This document shows, piece by piece, positions 12,031 to 21,282 of a DNA stretch of 64,000 bases. The position numbers and the translations under genes are program-made. The notes under the pieces are model-generated. The model did no database searches. It saw nothing but the letters and a program-made list of their open reading frames with translations, and was not told the origin of the DNA. The DNA comes from an uncultured Candidatus Rokubacteria bacterium (GTDB lineage Bacteria > Methylomirabilota > Methylomirabilia > Rokubacteriales > CSP1-6), in contig CAVXJS010000011.1 in the NCBI GenBank assembly GCA_963762145.1, positions 96,001-160,000 of the forward strand. The letters run 5' to 3'. Position 1 is the first letter of the stretch. Every line of letters starts with the position of its first letter.

Positions 12031-12330
12031 CTAGCCCCCGAAGAGGTCCACGAAGAAGTCCCGGGTGCCCGAGCCGACCACGGTGACGCCTTCCCACACA
12101 GCCTGGCCGGTGAACGTGACACCCTCCATAACGGTCTTGCCGACACCCTTGGCGAGCTCTCCGGTGCCGCTGAGCACCTCACCCTGCCCGATCTGCTGCG
12201 CGCCGATCCCCACCTGCTTGGTGGCCGCGGCCACGGGCTGGCTGTCGGCCGCCTGCCCGGGGCCGGGAGCGGTCGCGATGAGCGCCGAGAACGCGAGGGT
12301 GACAATCAGCCAACGAAGCCTCAGTGTCAT
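12031..12330 (-). CDS. Small secreted hypothetical protein
   Basis: Strong SD AAGGAGG before ATG 12330; signal peptide MTLRLRWLIVTLAFSALIA...GQA; Gly-rich helical body. Confidence 0.65.
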   Translation of the reverse strand: MTLRLRWLIVTLAFSALIATAPGPGQAADSQPVAAATKQVGIGAQQIGQGEVLSGTGELAKGVGKTVMEGVTFTGQAVWEGVTVVGSGTRDFFVDLFGG

Positions 12331-12365
12331 CTCCACCTCCTTCGGTTGGATAAATTCTCGAATCA

Positions 12366-12381
12366 TGCTAACACCGTGCCG
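12366..12381 (-). promoter_or_regulatory. Candidate sigma-54 (-24/-12) promoter
   Basis: Minus strand CGGCAC-GGTGT-TAGCA (GG-N10-GC), 36 bp upstream of the 12330 start. Confidence 0.5.
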
Positions 12382-12438
12382 GAGCGGTTCCGGCATGTTC
12401 TCGGCCGCTCCGCCAACTTTTCCAGCGAGGTGAGGGAC

Positions 12439-13290
12439 ATGAAATACGGCGTGTTCCAGTTCTCCACCGACTACACGATCCGCATCGACGATCTCGCGCG
12501 CGAGGCCGAGGCCCGCGGCTTCGAGTCGCTGTTCGTCCCCGAGCACACCCACATCCCGGCGAGCCGCAAGAGTCCCTGGCCGGGCGGCGCCGACCTGCCG
12601 CGCGAGTACTGGCACACCGTGGATCCGTTCGTCGGGCTCGCCGCCGCGGCGGCGGTGACCACGCGGATCAAGCTCGGCACCGGGATCTGCCTGGTGATCG
12701 AGCGCGACCCCATCGTGCTCGCCAAGGAGGTCGCGAGCCTCGACTATCTCTCGCGCGGCCGCGTGCTCTTCGGGATCGGCGGCGGGTGGAATGCCGAGGA
12801 GATGGCGCATCACGGAACGGACTTCGACACGCGCTGGAAGGTGCTGCGCGAGCGCATCGCCGCGATGCGGGAGATCTGGACGAAGGACGAGGCCGAGTAC
12901 CACGGCAAGTTCGTGAACTTCGACAAGCTCTGGTCGTACCCGAAGCCGGTGCAGAAGCCGCATCCCCCGATCCTCATGGGCGGCGCCGGCCCTCACGCGC
13001 GGCAGCGCGCGGTGGACTTCGGGGGCCACTGGCTGCCGATCGGCGGGCGCTCCTACAGCGAGCCGATCGCCGAGACCATCGCGGATCTTCGCGCGCGGGC
13101 CGAGAAGGCGGGCCAGGATCCGGGCGCGGTCACCGTCTCCATCTTCGGCGCGCCCACCGACGAGGCGCGCCTGGCCGGATTGCGTGACGCGGGCGTGCTG
13201 CGCGCGATCTTCGGCCTGCCCCCCGCGGGCCGCGATCAGGTCTTGCCGCTCCTGGACAAGTACGCGGCGCTCATGACCAAGATCGGCTGA
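12439..13290 (+). CDS. Luciferase-like (LLM) oxidoreductase, Rv2161c-type, putatively F420-dependent
   Basis: PEHTHIP, DPFVGLA, LAKEVASLD.LSRGR, PKPVQKPHPPI. ATG at 12439 after GAGG. Confidence 0.88.
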   Translation: MKYGVFQFSTDYTIRIDDLAREAEARGFESLFVPEHTHIPASRKSPWPGGADLPREYWHTVDPFVGLAAAAAVTTRIKLGTGICLVIERDPIVLAKEVASLDYLSRGRVLFGIGGGWNAEEMAHHGTDFDTRWKVLRERIAAMREIWTKDEAEYHGKFVNFDKLWSYPKPVQKPHPPILMGGAGPHARQRAVDFGGHWLPIGGRSYSEPIAETIADLRARAEKAGQDPGAVTVSIFGAPTDEARLAGLRDAGVLRAIFGLPPAGRDQVLPLLDKYAALMTKIG

Positions 13291-13341
13291 TGCCGTCTGA
13301 TCTCCCCCGCGGCGGGTGCTTGCCCCCGACCGCGGGACGGA

Positions 13342-14592
13342 TCAGGCGCGCGCGGCCGCGCCCGGTCTCGTTGTGAGCGTGAAGACGGTCAGCGCCCCCA
13401 GGCCGATGAGCGCGACGGCCAGGGCCCAGAGGTAGATCGCCAGGTACCCGCCCGTGCGGTCGAAGAGCACGCCGGACAGCCAGGGGCCGAGCGCCGCGCC
13501 CAGATTGTTGCCGATGCCGAGCAGGCCGAAGATGAAGCCATAGTGCGCGGGCGGCGCGATGCGGCCGAGCAGCACGGTGACGATGCTCGCCCGCGAGCCG
13601 AGCGGCAGGAAGAGAAAGAGCACGTAGCCCGCCGCGAGGATCCAGAGCGGCCGGACCTCCATCGCGATCAGGCAGAGCATGCCCAGCAGCGAGCAGGAGA
13701 ACGAGAGGAAGCCCGCGGTGGGTCCGCCGAAGCGATCGGCCACCAGGCCCGCCAGGGCCCGGCCGCCGCCCGCCAGCACGCCCCCGATGGCGAGGAGCAA
13801 GGACGCCTCGCCCGCCGTGAAGCCGCGATCGGTGAAATACAGCGTGTGCTGGGTGGTGGCGAGATATCCGAAGAGGGGCGGCGTGGTGAACATCACCAGG
13901 AGGCTCCAGAATCCGGCGGAGCGGATGATGCTCGAAGCGGTCACCGGCGTGCTTCCTGGTCTCGCGAACCCGCGGTCCATCGCCGAGGCCAGGCGCGTCG
14001 GGTGCGCGTGCCACGCCCACGGGATCAGGGCCGCGATCGCTGCCGCGTAGCACCAGAAGGCGGGGCGCCAGCCCCAGTGGGTGATGATCCACTGGGCCGG
14101 CGCGGCCAAGGCGTAGGCCGCCATCGACCCGCCGAAGGCGATCCCGGTGGCAAGGCCGCGGCGCCGGACGTAGGCATCCGCGATGAGCGCGGCGTGGGTC
14201 GTCATGCCCGTCAGGCCGAGGCCGGCGCCCCCACCGAACCCCATGGCCGTCAGGAACAGCGGCAGGGTCGGCGCCAGGCTGCCCAGCAGCATCCCGAGGG
14301 CCACCAAGCCCAGGCCGAGGCTGACGAGCAGGCGCGGGTTCCAGCGGGCGACCAGGTAGCCGGCGACGGGACTGAGCAGGGCGCCGCCCACCCAGAGCAG
14401 GGAGGCGGTGGACGCGGTGGCGGCCCGGGAGCCGCCGAACTCGGCCAGCAGCGCGGGCAGGAACACCGGGAAGGTATTGGTGATTCCGGCCACGAGCAGC
14501 ATGGTGACGAAGGCAAGCCAGAGCCGCTGGCTGGCGAGGGACTCGGACTGCGGGGAGGGGGCCGGGCCCGGGGGGCCCGGAGCGAGGCTCAG
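13342..14592 (-). CDS. MFS transporter (OFA/monocarboxylate-like)
   Basis: About 12 TM helices; RRRGLATGIAF; GLVADRFG. The first ATG is at 14502, but the frame is open to a CTG at 14592 overlapping the rpsU stop. Confidence 0.82.
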   Translation of the reverse strand: MSLAPGPPGPAPSPQSESLASQRLWLAFVTMLLVAGITNTFPVFLPALLAEFGGSRAATASTASLLWVGGALLSPVAGYLVARWNPRLLVSLGLGLVALGMLLGSLAPTLPLFLTAMGFGGGAGLGLTGMTTHAALIADAYVRRRGLATGIAFGGSMAAYALAAPAQWIITHWGWRPAFWCYAAAIAALIPWAWHAHPTRLASAMDRGFARPGSTPVTASSIIRSAGFWSLLVMFTTPPLFGYLATTQHTLYFTDRGFTAGEASLLLAIGGVLAGGGRALAGLVADRFGGPTAGFLSFSCSLLGMLCLIAMEVRPLWILAAGYVLFLFLPLGSRASIVTVLLGRIAPPAHYGFIFGLLGIGNNLGAALGPWLSGVLFDRTGGYLAIYLWALAVALIGLGALTVFTLTTRPGAAARA

Positions 14593-14786
14593 TCGTCCGC
14601 CTCGGCGCGCTTCATGGCCTTCCGGCGCTTCTTCCGCGCCTCAGCCTGCTTGCGCTTCCGCTTGACCGACGGCTTCTCGTAGTACGCGCGCTTCTTCATC
14701 TCCTTGAAGAGCCCATCCTTGAGCATGAGCTTCTTCATGGTCTTCAGCGCGGACTCGACCTGATTATCGTGTACCTCGATACGCAT
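14589..14786 (-). CDS. rpsU: 30S ribosomal protein S21
   Basis: MRIEV...ESALK...YYEKPSVKRKRK; 65 aa, basic. Confidence 0.95.
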   Translation of the reverse strand: MRIEVHDNQVESALKTMKKLMLKDGLFKEMKKRAYYEKPSVKRKRKQAEARKKRRKAMKRAEADD

Positions 14787-14861
14787 GACAGGCAAAGTAC
14801 CCGGAGGGCGCGCCGCTGTCAATGCCCACGTGGGTGCCCACCCCTGATACGATTGCTTCCC

Positions 14862-15914
14862 ATGATCGCCCCGCCCGCCCGGCTGGAGCTCGCCCTGGCG
14901 CCCACGCCGATCCTCAAGCTCGATCGCCTCTCTCGCCGGCTGGGCGTCGAGCTCTACGTCAAGCGCGACGATCTGACCGGCCTGCTCGAATCGGGCAACA
15001 AGGTGCGCAAGCTGGAGTTCCTGGTGGGCGAGGCGCTGCAGCAGGGGGCCGATACCCTGATCACGTGCGGGCCGCCTGACTCCAACGGCTGCCGTGCCGT
15101 CGCTGCGGTGGCGGCCCGGCTCGGGCTCCGCGCGGTGCTCGCGATCCGGGGCGAACGTCCCGCCGCGGCTGACGGCAACCTGCTGCTGGGGCGGCTGCTC
15201 GGCGCGGACACGCGCTACTATCCCGATCTTCGGTCGGCTCGGGGGTCCGACCTGGCGCCCGAAGGAGGCGACGCGGTCATGGCCGCGCTCGCCGCCGAGG
15301 TCCGCGAAGGCGGCGGACGCCCCTACATAATTCCGGAGAGCGGGGCGGGGGAGCTGGGCGCGCTCGGGTACATCGAGTGCGCGGTCGAGCTGTCGGAGCA
15401 GATCCACCACGGGGCGCCGCGCTTCGACACGATCGTCATCACGGCGGGGAGCGGTGGCAGTCACGCGGGCCTGCTCATGGGCAAGCAGCTCGCGGGGCTT
15501 CCCGGGGAGATCGTGAGCGTGCCGGCCACCGGGCCGGCGGAGCGGGTGCGCCGGGCCATCGTCGGGACGATCGGCGCCGCCATCGAGCGCTTCGGGTTCG
15601 CCATCGAGGTGCCCAAGGCCATCCACCTCCTGGACGGCTACCAGGGCGCCGGGCCCGCGGAGGCGAGCGATGAGGAGCTGGGCGTCGTCCTGCACCTGGC
15701 CCGGGAGGAGGGGCTGCTGCTGGATCCGGTCTACACCGCGCGGGGTTTTCGAGGGCTGGTGGAGACGCTGGCGCGCGATCCGAAGGCGCTGGGGCAGCGC
15801 GTCTGCTTCATCCACACCGGGGGACTGTTCAGCGTGTTTGCCTACAAGGACCGCCTGAGCCTTCTCCTGTCGGGCGAGGCGCAGCCGAAGGCGAGCCGAG
15901 CGGATACCCAGTAA
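14862..15914 (+). CDS. PLP-dependent D-cysteine desulfhydrase/ACC deaminase family protein
   Basis: PTP, YVKRDD, GNKVRKL, GSGGS, LLDPVYT, FIHTGG. Confidence 0.88.
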   Translation: MIAPPARLELALAPTPILKLDRLSRRLGVELYVKRDDLTGLLESGNKVRKLEFLVGEALQQGADTLITCGPPDSNGCRAVAAVAARLGLRAVLAIRGERPAAADGNLLLGRLLGADTRYYPDLRSARGSDLAPEGGDAVMAALAAEVREGGGRPYIIPESGAGELGALGYIECAVELSEQIHHGAPRFDTIVITAGSGGSHAGLLMGKQLAGLPGEIVSVPATGPAERVRRAIVGTIGAAIERFGFAIEVPKAIHLLDGYQGAGPAEASDEELGVVLHLAREEGLLLDPVYTARGFRGLVETLARDPKALGQRVCFIHTGGLFSVFAYKDRLSLLLSGEAQPKASRADTQ

Positions 15915-15917
15915 GGA

Positions 15918-16682
15918 CTAGATGGTGTAGGTCTTGCCCTGCTCCAGGATGTGGATGCGGCTCGGGTCGATCTTGGCCAGCTCCTCCGCCGTCTCCTGAT
16001 AGAGCTGCGGCTTGATGTGGTAGATCCAGATCGGGAGATCGGCGGGCATCTTGTCGATCTCCTGCCGCAGCATCTCAGGGGTGAGATGTCCGGAGGCCTT
16101 CGCGAGCGCCGACAGCCGGTTGGGGAAGGCGGTCTCCACGATCAGCGCCTTCAGCCCGCGCATCTCGCGGGCGATCTGCCAGATTCGCTTGGTCGGGCCG
16201 GTGTCGCCGCTGAACACGAACCCGGTCTCCCCGTCGTGGATGACGAAGCCGGTGGTGGGGACGGTGTGCTCCACGAGCACCGGCGTCACCCAGAGCTCGC
16301 CGACTCGCGATTCGCCCTCCTCGGGCAGCTCGCGGAACCCCAGGACCGACTGCGCGGCCGACGGGATATTGGTGAAGTTCGGCCAGAGCTCGTCGTTGAA
16401 GGCGTGGGTGCGCAGCGACTCCACGACGTGGGCGATGCTGCAGGCGGTGACCCGGCGGTCGGGCGCGACCATCGCGAGGGTGTCGGTGAGGAACGCGAGC
16501 CCCGCGGTGTGGTCCAGGTGCGCGTGACTGATCAACGCGTGCTGGATCTGGATCTGCTCGGGAACCGAGAGCGCGCCGCCCACCGTGCCCGCGTCCACCA
16601 GCACGCGGTCGTCGACGAGGAAGGCCGTGGGCCTCTGCCCCGGTCCCTCGCTGCCGTAAGTACCGAGGACTTTAATCTTCAA
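15918..16682 (-). CDS. Class II 3',5'-cyclic nucleotide phosphodiesterase (MBL fold)
   Basis: LVDAGT, SHAHLDH, WPNFT, SGDTGPT, HLTP, YHIKP. TTG start. Confidence 0.85.
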   Translation of the reverse strand: MKIKVLGTYGSEGPGQRPTAFLVDDRVLVDAGTVGGALSVPEQIQIQHALISHAHLDHTAGLAFLTDTLAMVAPDRRVTACSIAHVVESLRTHAFNDELWPNFTNIPSAAQSVLGFRELPEEGESRVGELWVTPVLVEHTVPTTGFVIHDGETGFVFSGDTGPTKRIWQIAREMRGLKALIVETAFPNRLSALAKASGHLTPEMLRQEIDKMPADLPIWIYHIKPQLYQETAEELAKIDPSRIHILEQGKTYTI

Positions 16683-16832
16683 TGAAGCCCTTCATGAGGC
16701 CGTGAGTCCCCCCGGTTCGGGCGGTTGGCACTTCTGCGAATACTAGTCTAGCAGCGAGAGGGCGGGCAATCCGAGGGAATTGGGCGGGTTCGGGCGCCCG
16801 CAACCGAGCGTGTCGAAAGGGCATCGGCGCGC

Positions 16833-17432
16833 TCACTCGCACGCGGAGGCGGTCTTGAAGCGGGCCGCGAACTCCTCGAGCTCCCGACAAGGGTCGCCGG
16901 CCGCGCGCGACGGGCTCGGCTCCTCGCGCCGGACCGCCAGGACCACGCTCTTGAGATAGGCGTACTGGAGCCGGACGGCGTCCGCATAGTCGAGATCCCA
17001 GCCGGTCATCAGGAGCTCCACGCTCGCGACGTGCGCCTCGACCTCGCATTGGTGGCGATGGCTCTGGCACCGGCCGTCGCCATGGCCCAGGACGAAGTGG
17101 GCGAGCTCGTGGCTGAGCACAGCCTGAGCGATCAGGTCATCGGCGACCACCGCCCGGTTGATCATGATGCGCCCCGGGCGGCCGAGATCGGCGAAGCCGG
17201 TGCGCGGCGTGAAGTAGGCGGCCGGGCGTCCCATCGCCGAGAGCGCCGCGTCGTCGCCGATTCGCACCGCCGGCGGGTCACCCTTGATCCCGCGCGACTC
17301 CAGGATCTGCCGGGCGGCCCGCTCGTACTCGTCGATCCGGGTCTGCTCGAGATCGGTGAAGGACCGGAGCGGCGCCGCGCAGGCCGTCAGGCCGAGCGCC
17401 GCCACCAGCGCGATGTGTCGAAGCGCCATCAT
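16833..17432 (-). CDS. Putative lipoprotein with HExxH zinc-metallopeptidase motif (M48-like)
   Basis: Lipobox LTAC; AVLSHELAHFVLGH followed by a downstream E.EA. Confidence 0.6.
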   Translation of the reverse strand: MMALRHIALVAALGLTACAAPLRSFTDLEQTRIDEYERAARQILESRGIKGDPPAVRIGDDAALSAMGRPAAYFTPRTGFADLGRPGRIMINRAVVADDLIAQAVLSHELAHFVLGHGDGRCQSHRHQCEVEAHVASVELLMTGWDLDYADAVRLQYAYLKSVVLAVRREEPSPSRAAGDPCRELEEFAARFKTASACE

Positions 17433-17519
17433 CCATCGAGCATGACACGCTCGGGAATTTCTCCGCTTCGCGCGCTGCCGGCGTGGCGTTCCCTCGCCCC
17501 CATGTGGCATACTTTGCGC

Positions 17520-18893
17520 GTGATCTTTCAGCAGATCCTGAACGAGGAATCCGGCTGCCTGTCCTACCTGATCGGCTGCGCCCAGGCCGGCCAGGCGGTG
17601 ATCGTGGACCCGGGCCGCGATCGGGTGGACGACTACGTGGCGATGGCCCGCCGCAAGGGCCTCACGGTGAGCGACATCCTCGAGACCCACGTGCACGCCG
17701 ACCACGTGTCCGGCAACCAGGCCCTGGCCGCCAGGACCGGGGCGCGGATCCACATCCACCCCGCGGCCCAGGCCGCCTTCGCGCACGATCCGGTGGAGCA
17801 CGGGCGGGAGATCCGGATCGGCAACGTGGCGCTCGGGGTCCTGCACGTGCCCGGGCACACCCCCGACAGCATCGCCCTGCTGGTGACCGATCTGAGCCGA
17901 GGCACCGAGCCCTGGTTCGTGCTGACCGGCGACACGCTTTTCGTGGGCGACGTGGGCCGGCCGGATTTCGGCGGCGAGCAGGCCGCGGCCAGCCTCTACG
18001 CGAGCCTCACCGAGCGCCTGCTGCGGCTGCCCGACAGCGTCGAGGTGTACCCGGCGCACGGTGCCGGATCGAGCTGCGGCCGGGCCATGTCGAGCAAGAC
18101 CGCGACGACCATCGGCTTCGAGCGCCGCTTCAACGCCGCGCTGCAGGTGCCCGACGCCGAGGAGTTCGTCCGGCGCCTCATGACCGGGCTGCCGCCCAAG
18201 CCGCCCAACTTCGACCGCATCATCGCGCGCAATCGCGCCCAGGCGTTGCCCCAGAACACCGAGCCCCGGCCGCTCTCGGCGGCGCAGGTGCGGGAGCTGC
18301 TCGACAAGGGCGCCTGCGTGCTCGACGTGCGCAGCCCGGAGGAGTACGGCCTGGCCCACGTCCCCGGGGCGCTCAACGTCTGGATCGAGAGCCCGCAGTT
18401 CGCCAACCGGTCCGGGCTCTTCATCCCCGCGGAGGCGCCGGTGGTGCTGGTGGTGGCGAGCCCGACCGACCTCACCCGCGCGATGGACGGCCTCGGCCGC
18501 ATCGGGCTCGACTCGATCGCGGGTCATCTGCAGTGGGGGATGACCGAGTGGAAGAGCCAGGGGCTGCCGGTCGGCCAGGTCCCGCAGATCAGCGTGCACG
18601 ACCTGGCCACCATGAAGGACGAGCGGCCCGACCTCGTGGTGCTGGACGTCCGCGAGCTGTTCGAGTGGGACGAGGGCCATATCGACGGGGCCCTGCACCT
18701 GCCCATGGCCGAGGCGCTGGCCCGCAAGGACCTGGTGCCGACGGGGCGGCCGAAGGCGGTCCTCTGCGCGGGCGGGCTGCGCTCGAGCCTCGTGATCAGC
18801 GCGCTGAGCCGCGCGGGCCTGACCGACTTCTACAACGTCATCGGCGGCATGACCGCCTGGCAGAAGGGCGGCTACAGCACGGTGAAGCGTTGA
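17520..18893 (+). CDS. MBL-fold persulfide dioxygenase fused to two rhodanese domains (CstB/Blh-like)
   Basis: THVHADH, PGHT, TGDTLF..DVGRPD, PAHGAGSSCG, two LDVR rhodanese units, active site CAGGLRS. Confidence 0.9.
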   Translation: MIFQQILNEESGCLSYLIGCAQAGQAVIVDPGRDRVDDYVAMARRKGLTVSDILETHVHADHVSGNQALAARTGARIHIHPAAQAAFAHDPVEHGREIRIGNVALGVLHVPGHTPDSIALLVTDLSRGTEPWFVLTGDTLFVGDVGRPDFGGEQAAASLYASLTERLLRLPDSVEVYPAHGAGSSCGRAMSSKTATTIGFERRFNAALQVPDAEEFVRRLMTGLPPKPPNFDRIIARNRAQALPQNTEPRPLSAAQVRELLDKGACVLDVRSPEEYGLAHVPGALNVWIESPQFANRSGLFIPAEAPVVLVVASPTDLTRAMDGLGRIGLDSIAGHLQWGMTEWKSQGLPVGQVPQISVHDLATMKDERPDLVVLDVRELFEWDEGHIDGALHLPMAEALARKDLVPTGRPKAVLCAGGLRSSLVISALSRAGLTDFYNVIGGMTAWQKGGYSTVKR

Positions 18894-19555
18894 CCGACGA
18901 GAGCTTCGACTACCCGGTCATGGCGCGCGCGCTGATCCTGGGTGACAAGGACACGGTCGCCAAGAAGACGCAGGAAGGCCTGGCCCTGGCGATGGATCCG
19001 AAGGACCTGATCTTCCGCGGGCTCATCCCCGGCATGGACGTGGTCGGCGAGAAGTTCCGGCGCAACGAGTACTACGTTCCCCAGGTGCTGCTGTCCGCGC
19101 GGGCGATGTACGCGGGCCTCGATCTGCTCAAGCCCCTCATCACCAGCGCGGGCGGCGCGAACCAGAACCTGGGCGTGATCGTGATCGGCACCGCCCAAGG
19201 CGACCTGCACGACATCGGCAAGAATCTGGTGGCGATGATGCTCGAGGGGGCCGGCTTCAAGGTGATCAATCTGGGCCGGGACGTGGCCCCCGAGAAGTTC
19301 GTGGCCGCGGTGCAGGAGCACTCGGCTCACATCGTCGGCATCTCCGCGCTGATGACGACCACGATGCCCGCGATGAAGCGCACCATCGACGCGCTCGAGA
19401 AGGCGGGGCTGCGCGATCGCGTGAAGGTGATGATCGGAGGAGCCCCCGTGAACCAGGCCTACGCCGACGAGATCGGCGCGGACGGCTACGCGAAGGATTC
19501 GACCATCGCGGTGGTGCGGGCCAAGGAGCTGCTCGGCGTGCCGGTGAACGCGTGA
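18890..19555 (+). CDS. Stand-alone corrinoid (cobalamin-binding) protein, MtbC/MttC-like
   Basis: Cap domain GLIPGMDVVGEKF...YVPQVLLSA; B12 motif GDLHDIGKN, SAL, GGA. TTG start overlaps the upstream TGA. Confidence 0.93.
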   Translation: MTDESFDYPVMARALILGDKDTVAKKTQEGLALAMDPKDLIFRGLIPGMDVVGEKFRRNEYYVPQVLLSARAMYAGLDLLKPLITSAGGANQNLGVIVIGTAQGDLHDIGKNLVAMMLEGAGFKVINLGRDVAPEKFVAAVQEHSAHIVGISALMTTTMPAMKRTIDALEKAGLRDRVKVMIGGAPVNQAYADEIGADGYAKDSTIAVVRAKELLGVPVNA

Positions 19556-20499
19556 TGGCGGCCCGCGCGCGCGGCTGGGAGATCGTGGAGCGGATCCGCG
19601 CCGGCGAGCGCCTCGTCTTCGACGGCGGCTACGGCACCGCCCTCTTCGACGCGGGCCTCGGGAACGGCGACTGCCCCGAGCTCTGGAACGACACGCACCC
19701 GGACGTGGTCCGCTCGATCCATCAGGGGTACTTCGACGCGGGCTCGCACCTCGTCGAGACCAACACCTTCGGCGCCTCCGCGCTCAAGCTGCACGAGTAC
19801 GACGAGCGCATGGGCCACGACATGGGCGCGCGCACGCGCGAGCTGAACGAGAAGGGCGTGCGGCTGGCCCGGGCGGCCTGCCCGCCCGGCGGGTTCGTGG
19901 CCGGCTCCATCGGGCCCACCAGCTACCTGCCGGTCGACTACGGGGTCGGCAAGAACGTGGCCACCGACGAGGAATACGAGGCGGCCTTCCGCGAGCAGGC
20001 CGAGGCCCTCGCGGCGGGCGGGGTGGACTGCTTCGCGGTGGAGACCATGATGTTTCCGCAGGAGGCGGAGGCCGCCATCCGGGCGTGCAAGGCGGTCGCG
20101 GACCTGCCGGTCATGGCCACCATGTTCTTCCAGTACGAGGAGCTGCACGACCGCGACCGGACCATGTGGGGCGAGAGTCCGGCCGACGTGGCCCGGCAGC
20201 TCCTCGCCGCGGGCGCGGACATCGTGGGCATGAACTGCGGGCGCGGGCCGGACCGGGCCATCGTGATCATCCGGGAGATGCGGCAGGTCACCGACGCGCC
20301 GCTCATCGCGTATCCCAACGCGGGGCTGCCGATCACCACCGGCGGGCGGACCACCTACGAGCTCGGTCCCGAGGAGATGGTCAAGGACTACCCGGCGCTC
20401 CTCGATGCCGGCTGCAACATCGTCGGGGGCTGCTGCGGCTCGAACCCCGAGCACATCCGCCTGATCGCCGACGTGGTGCGCTCGCGACGCGCGCGGTGA
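19555..20499 (+). CDS. Homocysteine S-methyltransferase domain protein (MetH N-terminal module)
   Basis: DGGYGT, ETNTFG, GSIGP, Zn ligands in GMNC and GGCCG, PNAGLP. Confidence 0.92.
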   Translation: MAARARGWEIVERIRAGERLVFDGGYGTALFDAGLGNGDCPELWNDTHPDVVRSIHQGYFDAGSHLVETNTFGASALKLHEYDERMGHDMGARTRELNEKGVRLARAACPPGGFVAGSIGPTSYLPVDYGVGKNVATDEEYEAAFREQAEALAAGGVDCFAVETMMFPQEAEAAIRACKAVADLPVMATMFFQYEELHDRDRTMWGESPADVARQLLAAGADIVGMNCGRGPDRAIVIIREMRQVTDAPLIAYPNAGLPITTGGRTTYELGPEEMVKDYPALLDAGCNIVGGCCGSNPEHIRLIADVVRSRRAR

Positions 20500-21266
20500 G
20501 CGCGGCACTCTCCGTCCTCTCTCCCACTCCCGCGGTTCTCGAGGATCTGCCGCTCGCGATCGACCGCGACGAGGTCCTGCGCTTCCAGGGCTACAAGAAG
20601 GGCGTGGACGTCCCCGGCGCCGAGGTCCTCGCGATCTTCGACGAAGCCCTGGCGCTGGGCCGGACCCTCCTGGCCCCCCGGGTGGTCTACCGCGCGATCG
20701 CGGTCACCGGCGGCGCGGCGGATCGCCTCGACGCGGGCGGCGAGCGTCTGCACATCCCGCAGATCGGGCGGCTCTGGGGCCCCATCGAAGCGGTCGGCGC
20801 GGGCATCTGCACGGTCGGCGAGGCCCTCGAGACCCGCGTCCGGGAGCTCTTCGAGGCACGCGAGCTGCCGCTCGCGGTGATGCTCGACAGCGTCGGATCC
20901 GCCGCGGCGGAGAGCCTGGCCGAGTTCGCCAACGACCTGCTCTGCCAGGCGGGGCTCCGGGCGGGGACGAGGGTCACCAACCGGATCAGCCCCGGGTACG
21001 CGGGATGGGACACCGCGGAGCAGGCGGCGCTGTTCCGCCTGTGCCCGGGGGAGCCCATCGGGGTGCGCCTGAACGAGGCGTGCTTCATGACGCCGGGCAA
21101 GAGCATCAGCTGGCTGGTGGGCGTCGGCCCGGAGGCGCGGGTGGACCACTACTTCACCCAGTGCCGCCGCTGCTGGATGCGCGACTGCGCCTATCGCCGG
21201 GCCCCGGCGACCACCACGGTACGGCAGCCGGGCACGGTGCAGGAGCCGGGCGACGGGGTGTGGTGA
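20496..21266 (+). CDS. Stand-alone methionine synthase activation (AdoMet-binding) domain
   Basis: CTVG, DSVGS.AAE, RISPGY, M.PGKSIS; C-terminal CRRCWMRDCAYR. GTGA overlap. Confidence 0.85.
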   Translation: MSAALSVLSPTPAVLEDLPLAIDRDEVLRFQGYKKGVDVPGAEVLAIFDEALALGRTLLAPRVVYRAIAVTGGAADRLDAGGERLHIPQIGRLWGPIEAVGAGICTVGEALETRVRELFEARELPLAVMLDSVGSAAAESLAEFANDLLCQAGLRAGTRVTNRISPGYAGWDTAEQAALFRLCPGEPIGVRLNEACFMTPGKSISWLVGVGPEARVDHYFTQCRRCWMRDCAYRRAPATTTVRQPGTVQEPGDGVW

Positions 21267-21282
21267 TAGGCTGGGTGGACGT

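Noticed and set aside
12392-12405. Plus-strand GG-N10-GC upstream of the LLM gene
   Set aside because: The -12 region lacks the TTGC-like context and such matches arise by chance in GC-rich DNA.
14589-15815. 408-aa ORF ending in S21 (possible fusion)
   Set aside because: The upstream part is antisense to the desulfhydrase gene; rpsU starts at 14786.
17483-19555. Apparent 690-aa protein ending in a corrinoid domain
   Set aside because: The first ~470 aa are an off-frame overlap of the dioxygenase gene; the real gene starts near 18890.
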